Assembly: GCA_022360155.1 (NCBI GenBank)
Contig: JAKSDJ010000775.1
Location: forward strand, 1 to 13,722
DNA from: Chloroflexales bacterium
Lineage (GTDB): Bacteria; Chloroflexota; Chloroflexia; Chloroflexales; Chloroflexaceae
Length of the DNA: 13,722 bases
Direction: 5' to 3'
Translations under genes and position numbers: made by a program
In this document: positions 7,152 to 13,722 of the stretch, one piece after another
How the letters are laid out: every line of letters starts with the position of its first letter
Numbering within the stretch: position 1 is the stretch's first letter
The notes under the pieces: model-generated
What the model was told of the DNA's origin: nothing
The model's database searches: none
Seen by the model: only the letters and a program-made list of their open reading frames with translations

Positions 7152-10100
7152 TTATTGATTGTTGATAATCTCCTGAACTTGTTCCAGTTCCAAACGCGCT
7201 TGGTCAGCCCACTCGCTCACCTGGTCATTCTGGATGACCGATCGGAACGATTCGGCGGCAGCCGAGAACTGCTGCATCGCCTCCTCGGCCAACCCCTGAT
7301 GCAATCTCGCTTCCGGGTAAATGCCGCCGCGCGACGCAATCGCTTGCCGGAAAGATTCGAGAGCCTGATTCATACGCTCCTGAGCGAAATATGAGCGACC
7401 CAACCAGTAAAATGCCTCAGCGAAGTTCGGTTGCAATTCAGTCGCCCGACGAAAATCACTGGCAGCGCGATTATAGTTCAACTCTTGCACGTAAAGTTGA
7501 CCGCGTCGATAGTAAGTCTCGGCAATGCGATTGTTAGCATTGATCGAGGCGCTATACGCATCGAGCGCTTCGTTAATCTGCCCCTGCCCTTCCAACAATT
7601 TGCCTCTAAACAACAGGGCTTCGGCATAATTTGGGCGTTGTTCTAATGCAATATCCAGGCTTTGGCTGGCGGTAGTGATGTCACCTGTTGCATACTGAGC
7701 CTGGGCCAGGCCAAACCAGGCTTCAGGAAAGTCGACCTGTTCCGTCAATTCCAACGACTGGGCATAGATCTGGCTCGCACGTTGCGGATCGGGCCGGCGG
7801 AGCAATGCTTCGGCCAACCAGAACCGGGCCTGCGGATCGTCATTGGCAGTTGGCAGTTCGTTGGCCCGCTCGAAATGACCCAGAGCAACTGCCCAATTAT
7901 TCTGGGCTACCGCGACTAGTCCCAGCCCAACGATGGCGTCAACCTGGTTGGGATCCAACGCCAACGCCTGGTTATAATAATCGATCGCTGGGCCAAAATT
8001 CTGGCGTTGTGGGCTGACACCGTTCTGGCGTAACCGTTCGACATCGCCAAGACCAACCAGCGCTGCGGCACTAAGCCGACGCTGTTCATCATTAGCACGA
8101 TCGGGCGTCAGTGCAAGCACCCGTTGTTCTGCTTCGGCAGCCGCATCCAGCCGACCAAGCCGCAGATAGACCTGTGCCAAGCTATGGAGTAGTTGTGGAT
8201 TGTCCGGTTGTTGTTCAGCCGCGCGACGCAGCGCATCTGCAGCGGGATCGATCTGATTGAGGGCAAACAAGCCTTCGCCAATGCGTATCAACTGATCGGG
8301 GATGGCCGTTCCAGCATCAAGCGCGCGCCGATAGTGCGTGATGGCTTTATCAGGCTCTCCCAAGTGCTCGCGATAGATATCAGCCAGAGTTACATGAGCG
8401 GCCACATGCTTAGTATCATTGTCGACGACGTTTTGAAATTGTTCAGCTGCAGCAGTATAGTCTTCCTGAGCAAGAAGCATCAGGCCAAGTTCATAGGCGG
8501 CAGGCGCCGAGTTAGGATTGATCCGCCGTGCATCCTCAAAGGCGCGTAAAGCCTCGGCAGGTCGGTCGGCGTCACGATAGAGATACCCCAGTTCAATCAA
8601 GGCCCGCGCCTGATTCTGTTCAACCGGCGCCTGGTCGGTTTCCGATAAACGCACCAAGATCTGTTCGGATTCGTTGAATCCAGATGGGCCACTACGTCGT
8701 AAAGCCACTGCCAGATTGAATTCTCGCTCAAACCCAGGACGCTGCTCGACCAGAATCCGTGATTGTTCGAGCACAGTAGCCCAATCACCCTCTTCTTCCG
8801 CGATCCGGATCAGGGTATAACGGGCGGGATAAAAGCTTTGATTGCGTTCGAGCGCCTCGAACATGCGCTGACGTGCCGCGCCGCGATCACCATTGTTGAG
8901 ATCAACGAAACCCTTGCCGTAATATCCTTCGGGTTGCTGCGGCACAAGGCTGATGATACGATCATAGAGTTGGCTCGCTTTGGTATAGTTGTTGCGCAAG
9001 CGCGCCAATCGTGCGTCAGCGATCAACACCGTTGTGTCCATCGGCTCCAGGATGGTGAGCGTCGTAAGCAGGGTTTGCGCCTCTGTAATTGGCGTACCAG
9101 TTCCAAACAAAGCATCGCTAATCGCTGACAAAAGACCAGGCGCGCGGTTCAGATCGGTGCGTCCTGATTCGATTAGCGCCAGGGCAAGATGATAGCGCTG
9201 ACGATTCAAAACTTGCTCAGCTTGATGAGCTTGACCAATCGCCACAAGTCCCGTCGTGTTTTCCTCGTCTGCGGCGCCCGCCGAGATTCTTCGCCAGCCC
9301 CGAATCAAATCATCGCCCTTTCCTGTCGCATCGCGGAGCGCATTGACAGATGCTGCAAATTCAGCTCGCGGCTGCGTCGGCGCAATCTCTAATTGCCACG
9401 TAAGCGGTCCGTACGCATCGACAGCCTGAGCCAACTCTAACAAGCCGCGTTGTTCCTGGACGATAGAATTGAGGTATTGCTGGAATAGAGGGCGTAAAGT
9501 AGACGGCGCCAGGTCATCATCACGCCTGACCTGGCGTGTCGCAGCTTCCAGTGTTTGCTGGGCGTCGGTCAAACGATTGGTGCTTCGGTAGGCTTCGGTC
9601 AAGGACAACAAAAGCGGGACATTAGGCCCCAACAAGTTGCGCGCCTGCTCTAGTTCAGTCACTGTCTCTTCTAGACGACCCTCTTGGCGCGCCAGCAACG
9701 CAAGATTGAAACGCAACTCGCCCAGATCACGATTGCTCAGAAGCTGCACGGCTTGCGCCAACTCGGTGGATGCTGCGTCGCTCCCGGCGTCCAGCAAGAT
9801 TGCTCCCAGGTTATTCGTCAAGAGCGCCTGTTCCTCAGATGGTTGGGCTAGGGCGAGGCGATATTCACTGGCGGCTTGCTCGAAGTCGCCGCGCGCCCAT
9901 AACACATTACCGCGCAGCGCACGGAAGAGCGTCGGATTCAGCGGAAAATCGACCAACAGCCGTTCCATAGTATCAAACGACTCGTCGGCTTTCCCTGCGC
10001 TGAGATCCGCCAGCGCCGCCAACAGGTCAGGCAGAACCGCTTCGCCATTGATTGGCGTATCGGCCAGTACATAGCTTCGCGGCATCGCAAATCGCCCCAA

Positions 10101-10898
10101 GTATCCTTGCCATACGTTGGGACCATAAGTGCCGCGTGGCGTATAGATCAACTGCGGGCGCAAGCTTGGCGTGTTCGAGAGACCGCCTGGTTCAACCGAA
10201 CCCCACACCAAAACATCGGCGCCGCGATTGAGTGCGATATCCAAGGCAGCCTGAGCATTGGACGGCGTCGTATTAACGTACTCGACAGCAAATTGCTCAC
10301 CGCTACGCTCGGTAATACCGCGGACCAACTCGTCAGAGACGACTCGCCCGGTTTGTCCATTACCGGAGTCGGCGAATGGCGTCATGATGACCACAAACTG
10401 GTCGGCTGAGCGCAATGAGATAAAATCGGGAACAAACCAGAGGACTACAGCAAAGACAATCCCAAGGAGTAAACCGCCAAACAACAAACGGTTTCGAGAA
10501 AGCCCGCGTCTCTCAACCGTCGATTTCGACTTGGCAGGCGTAGCTTGTGGCGGATCGACCTCAACCGACGGATCTGGTTCGGGCAAGGCGGCCCGCGGCG
10601 TTGGCGCGGAACGTTCGGCGCGACGGAATGAGCGCGGCAAACGGCTAGTCCATCGCGACCAAAAACTAGTTTGGGCGCCGGAGGTTGGAGAAGGGTTGAC
10701 TGCGTGCGGATCTTCAGCGATGGTTTCACCATCACTGACCCGTGTTGTTGCATGGATCGTTTTCTGGTCGCCCGCAGACTTTCCGAAAATCCAATTCAAT
10801 CCGCCCGATTGCCGAATTTGCCCCCGGAAGCGTATTACGAGGAAAAAGATGACAGCGATGGAAAGAACAATAATGAGCAGCAATAACCATCGGTCCAT
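7152..10898 (-). CDS. Membrane-anchored tetratricopeptide-repeat (TPR) protein, 1248 aa: TM1, Pro/Ser/Arg-rich low-complexity linker, TM2, alpha/beta domain, long TPR array
   Basis: N-terminal hydrophobic helix LLLLIIVLSIAVIFFLVI and second helix LLFGGLLLGIVFAVVLWFV (residues about 140-160). Between them a P/S/T/R-rich segment. Then FVVIMTPFADSGNGQTGRVVSDELV...ADVLVWGSVEPGG, followed by many 34-aa A/L/Y/G-patterned TPR units to the C-terminus. ATG at 10898 with GGAGAG 4-6 nt upstream. Stop TAA at 7152-7154. Confidence 0.9.
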   Translation of the reverse strand: MDRWLLLLIIVLSIAVIFFLVIRFRGQIRQSGGLNWIFGKSAGDQKTIHATTRVSDGETIAEDPHAVNPSPTSGAQTSFWSRWTSRLPRSFRRAERSAPTPRAALPEPDPSVEVDPPQATPAKSKSTVERRGLSRNRLLFGGLLLGIVFAVVLWFVPDFISLRSADQFVVIMTPFADSGNGQTGRVVSDELVRGITERSGEQFAVEYVNTTPSNAQAALDIALNRGADVLVWGSVEPGGLSNTPSLRPQLIYTPRGTYGPNVWQGYLGRFAMPRSYVLADTPINGEAVLPDLLAALADLSAGKADESFDTMERLLVDFPLNPTLFRALRGNVLWARGDFEQAASEYRLALAQPSEEQALLTNNLGAILLDAGSDAASTELAQAVQLLSNRDLGELRFNLALLARQEGRLEETVTELEQARNLLGPNVPLLLSLTEAYRSTNRLTDAQQTLEAATRQVRRDDDLAPSTLRPLFQQYLNSIVQEQRGLLELAQAVDAYGPLTWQLEIAPTQPRAEFAASVNALRDATGKGDDLIRGWRRISAGAADEENTTGLVAIGQAHQAEQVLNRQRYHLALALIESGRTDLNRAPGLLSAISDALFGTGTPITEAQTLLTTLTILEPMDTTVLIADARLARLRNNYTKASQLYDRIISLVPQQPEGYYGKGFVDLNNGDRGAARQRMFEALERNQSFYPARYTLIRIAEEEGDWATVLEQSRILVEQRPGFEREFNLAVALRRSGPSGFNESEQILVRLSETDQAPVEQNQARALIELGYLYRDADRPAEALRAFEDARRINPNSAPAAYELGLMLLAQEDYTAAAEQFQNVVDNDTKHVAAHVTLADIYREHLGEPDKAITHYRRALDAGTAIPDQLIRIGEGLFALNQIDPAADALRRAAEQQPDNPQLLHSLAQVYLRLGRLDAAAEAEQRVLALTPDRANDEQRRLSAAALVGLGDVERLRQNGVSPQRQNFGPAIDYYNQALALDPNQVDAIVGLGLVAVAQNNWAVALGHFERANELPTANDDPQARFWLAEALLRRPDPQRASQIYAQSLELTEQVDFPEAWFGLAQAQYATGDITTASQSLDIALEQRPNYAEALLFRGKLLEGQGQINEALDAYSASINANNRIAETYYRRGQLYVQELNYNRAASDFRRATELQPNFAEAFYWLGRSYFAQERMNQALESFRQAIASRGGIYPEARLHQGLAEEAMQQFSAAAESFRSVIQNDQVSEWADQARLELEQVQEIINNQ

Positions 10899-11158
10899 AT
10901 TTCTCTCCAGATTAATATAACAAAGGAGATCACGCCAAAACGTTCCGCAAGGGGATCTCTCATAGTGTTACCAGGTCTGTAGATTGTAAACCTTTTTGAG
11001 AAATATGCAACACTACCCGAAATCACAAGCGCCAGGCAAGCGCTCTGGTAAAGAGAGCTCGGCACTCATAATCTCTGATTGTACCCTTCCACATCGCACA
11101 GCAAAGCAAAGAGGCAATAGTTTCGTGCGGGCTGTCATCACCTCATTGTGATAGTGAA

Positions 11159-12367
11159 TCAGGCTTTGTTATCGCTCGACTGAGTGACAATTGCAATTTC
11201 AGCAAATCGTCGATTTGCTTCGTCATCGCCCCACCTCGTCTTAAAGTGATCTTTGACAGCAGCAAATATGAATTGTTCAATGATTTCGGAGGAAACACCT
11301 TGCTCTTTCAAACCACTGATCAAATTCATTAGCCTTTGGTTTTCAACTTCGGCTTCGACTTCGATCCGTCTCTGTATCTTGAGGGACTCCTTCTTGGCCT
11401 CGTGATCAGCCTCCTTTAGTTCGCGCTCGGGTCGCTCCGGATCCTTGCGCTTAATCGACTTTTCAGTGTCGGGGTCGATCTCAACGGTCTCGAATTTCAG
11501 CTCCTTGACTGCAATACCCCAAGACTGCACTTGCACAGAGAGATGCTTCTTTGCTTCAGCAGCAAAAGCATGGCGTTCTTTACTGACTTCAAGCGCATTT
11601 TTATTGTTATCCCAGATACACTCACGGACGACGTCATCAGTTGCACCGTGGATTTGCTTCTCTAAGTATTGGCTCCAGAAACCAGGCTCCATGACTGCAG
11701 TGTCTTGTTGCTTATTTTGCTCTTTTAAAAGCTTCCCGATCATCTGGTAATGATTCGGGGCATCGTTATGTAGCTTTTCAGGATCATCGATGTTGTAGTG
11801 AACGCGAACGCGAATGCCTTTGACCTTGTGTCCATACTGCGTATCTATGTCATGAACGTCCACTTCGGTGCTCAACTCGTATAAGGGGAGATGAGCGACG
11901 ATCGTTGAGAATTTGGGAATCGAGAGCACGCTACTACTACCTTTGATCACAGTATGGGTATGATCCGAACGCTCAATCAGACCAGCCGTATTGTCATTGA
12001 TAGTATGCTCTCGCCGCTGCAGCCACACCACAGCGATACCAAGCGCCAAAAACCAGAGCAATGTGGCTTGCCATCCGTTGACGAAGGGCAGACTATCACG
12101 ACCCAGCAGCCAAGCGGCGACAACCGAAGCGATGATGGCCTCAGCGCGTAGCAAAAGGGTTGCGCTGACACTTGCACTCTGCAAACTCCGCGAAGGCTCA
12201 TTCATTTCACTTGCCGCAAGGCTGATGATGGCCAGAATCAAACCAATAACCATCAAGGCGATCGTCAGAACACGAGACTGAAACACCGGCTCAAGCATAA
12301 CGATGATCAACATCGACACAAACAGTATCCCCAAAGACATGATCGACCAAAATGTGTCCGCTCTCAT
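11159..12367 (-). CDS. SPFH/band-7 (stomatin/flotillin/HflKC-like) domain membrane protein with four N-terminal TM helices and C-terminal coiled-coil
   Basis: Four hydrophobic helices in the first 125 residues, then the SPFH-like core TQYGHKVKGIRVRVHYNIDDPEKL ... WGIAVKELKFETVEIDPD, and a Glu/Lys-rich coiled-coil tail. I prefer the ATG at 12367 (MRADTFW...) with GGAGGG (complement of 12375-12380) and a 7-nt spacer; the ORF-track start at 12400 is a GTG with no SD. Stop TGA at 11159-11161. GC content is visibly lower than in neighbouring genes. Confidence 0.85.
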   Translation of the reverse strand: MRADTFWSIMSLGILFVSMLIIVMLEPVFQSRVLTIALMVIGLILAIISLAASEMNEPSRSLQSASVSATLLLRAEAIIASVVAAWLLGRDSLPFVNGWQATLLWFLALGIAVVWLQRREHTINDNTAGLIERSDHTHTVIKGSSSVLSIPKFSTIVAHLPLYELSTEVDVHDIDTQYGHKVKGIRVRVHYNIDDPEKLHNDAPNHYQMIGKLLKEQNKQQDTAVMEPGFWSQYLEKQIHGATDDVVRECIWDNNKNALEVSKERHAFAAEAKKHLSVQVQSWGIAVKELKFETVEIDPDTEKSIKRKDPERPERELKEADHEAKKESLKIQRRIEVEAEVENQRLMNLISGLKEQGVSSEIIEQFIFAAVKDHFKTRWGDDEANRRFAEIAIVTQSSDNKA

Positions 12368-12567
12368 ACAAATACCCTCCACAATACAATAATGCTGCAC
12401 GGGTTTGACGACAATAGACTCTCAACCCTAGACCGCTTTATGAGGTGTCGCAGAATGAATAAAAGGCAAGGAAAGGGTCTATAACGAAGTAAGAGCACGC
12501 AACGCATTTCGAGTTGCTGGAGTAAATGGCAGTACTTGTATAGATAGTGCTGTAGCCGTCGAACGAA

Positions 12568-13515
12568 TCAGTTTGGATGCAACAAAATCTTGAGCCGACC
12601 CCGCGCAGCATCAAATGCTGCACAGCCATCATACAGAGCAAAGTGCCCGCTAATCAAAGCTTCCGTTTCGATCAACCCCCGTTCGAGCAGGCGTAGCGCT
12701 GGGGCGAATGATCCGCAGCGCGAGCCAATAAGCTGGACTTCATCAACAACAACCATACTCAGATTCAGGCTAGCTGTACCGTGAAACGTACTCTTCAGCA
12801 CGAGCCGGCCCCGGGGACGCACCAAACGGCGGGCCATGTCCAACCCGCCGGGTTGGCCAGTACATTCCACAACGAAGTCGAACTGGGTGTTGGGCGCTTC
12901 GCTCGTGTGGACACAACGAATACCCTGCTGCTGAAAAAGCGCCCAGCGTTCGGGATGGCGCCCGATTAGCGTAACGTCACAACCCGTTAGGCGCAATACC
13001 TGAACGATCATCGCCCCCAACTTGCCGTCGCCAATAATGACCACGCGCTCTGTAGGTTGAACGTGATTCTGATCCACAATCTCCAGCGCTGCAGCCAACG
13101 GCTCGACAAAAACCGCCGCCTCATCGAGAACCGCATCAGGAACCGCATGAAGGCAGGTGACTGGCAGCACAAATGCCTCAGCCATCACGCCATCGCGTCG
13201 ATCTATTCCCAGGGTCGTCCGGTTAGGACAATGCGGCGAATCCCCACGCAAACATGTCGGACATTGCAAACACGCTGCATTTATCTCACCAACCACCCGA
13301 CGATGAAGCCAGGCCGGGTCATCGCATTCTTGCACAGTACCGACAAATTCGTGACCTAACACGCCCTGAAAACCCATATACCCATGGGTAATCTCAATGT
13401 CCGTATTGCAAATACCAACTAGGCGCGGTTGGATTAATGCTTCGCCAGGCAACCTCTTGGGATAAGGATAATCATCAGTAAAACGAAGTTGGCCATCGAA
13501 GATGAGAGCATTCAT
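12568..13515 (-). CDS. Zinc-dependent medium-chain alcohol dehydrogenase family protein (threonine/sorbitol-dehydrogenase-like)
   Basis: Catalytic-Zn signature GICNTDIEITHGYMG...VLGHEFVGTV, structural-Zn Cys cluster CLQCPTCLRGDSPHC, and Rossmann motif VVIIGDGKLGAM. The start at MNALIFDG (13515) fits the usual MKAxVF N-terminus better than the ORF-track start at 13566. Stop TGA at 12568-12570. Confidence 0.88.
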   Translation of the reverse strand: MNALIFDGQLRFTDDYPYPKRLPGEALIQPRLVGICNTDIEITHGYMGFQGVLGHEFVGTVQECDDPAWLHRRVVGEINAACLQCPTCLRGDSPHCPNRTTLGIDRRDGVMAEAFVLPVTCLHAVPDAVLDEAAVFVEPLAAALEIVDQNHVQPTERVVIIGDGKLGAMIVQVLRLTGCDVTLIGRHPERWALFQQQGIRCVHTSEAPNTQFDFVVECTGQPGGLDMARRLVRPRGRLVLKSTFHGTASLNLSMVVVDEVQLIGSRCGSFAPALRLLERGLIETEALISGHFALYDGCAAFDAARGRLKILLHPN

Positions 13516-13722
13516 TGTTCTTTCATTACTCATGTATATAATCACGCACCTGATATCGCATGGCATGCGACAGATAGCCTGAGAGCCTGTCTACTATTCG
13601 ATCGCTCAGATTGGGAATCAGAAAAGGTCAGGACGATTCTTGCTTTCGCTGCTGTTGGATGACGGAAAGGGGGTCGATTGCTTTGTGCCAAGCATGAACC
13701 CTTGAGAACCATCTAGGCCTTA

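Noticed and set aside
6664-7165. ORFs 6664..6933 +, 6791..6976 -, 6872..7165 + around the cassette promoter region
   Set aside because: Short, no motifs, partly antisense to the 205-aa gene. The remainder lies in an AT-rich spacer better explained as promoter or terminator DNA.
7155-10920. Numerous plus-strand ORFs within the TPR gene (e.g. 7688..8017, 9637..10074, 10258..10920)
   Set aside because: Antisense to a 3.7-kb gene with a clear repeat architecture. Translations are Arg/Ser/Pro-rich junk.
11445-12281. Plus-strand and off-frame ORFs inside the SPFH gene (11445..11750, 11954..12151, 11991..12281, 11977..12201 -)
   Set aside because: Overlap a gene with coherent TM plus SPFH architecture. 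No independent support.
12590-13359. Plus-strand ORFs inside the ADH gene (12590..12784, 12781..12969, 13057..13359) and 12438..12641 -
   Set aside because: Antisense artefacts. 12438..12641 overlaps the ADH stop and lies in the spacer without start context.
1-13722. CRISPR arrays, IS elements or transposases, integrases, prophage genes, rRNA/tRNA genes, toxin-antitoxin pairs
   Set aside because: I looked for them and found none. No regularly spaced direct repeats, no terminal inverted repeats bracketing a transposase-like ORF, and no recombinase motifs.

Overview
The window reads as ordinary chromosomal DNA from a high-GC bacterium. Gene content and style (secreted S8 protease, a giant membrane-anchored TPR protein, an FGE-sulfatase-domain protein, AT-rich spacers between GC-rich genes) are compatible with Chloroflexi or similar lineages, but I cannot confirm this without a search. 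I support nine protein-coding genes. Two are on the + strand: a 5'-truncated glycoside-hydrolase-like gene and a TetR regulator. Seven are on the - strand: a secreted subtilisin-like S8 protease, a probable 3-gene operon (hypothetical all-alpha protein, standalone FGE-sulfatase/SUMF1-family protein, Nudix hydrolase), a 1248-aa two-TM TPR-repeat protein, an SPFH/band-7 membrane protein, and a Zn-dependent MDR alcohol dehydrogenase. I found no rRNA, tRNA, CRISPR array, transposase, integrase or recombinase. Non-coding signals worth a second look are: (1) a structured 336-nt spacer upstream of the TetR gene with a 12-bp perfect inverted repeat, reiterated TTGAC motifs and mutually exclusive hairpins built on a duplicated gcggtga element; (2) a 650-bp AT-rich ORF-free gap between the protease and the Nudix gene; (3) a low-GC islet holding the SPFH gene. 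The most plausible candidate for an undescribed system is the orphan-protein/FGE-domain/Nudix cassette. All family assignments rest on motifs read by eye; no database search was possible.
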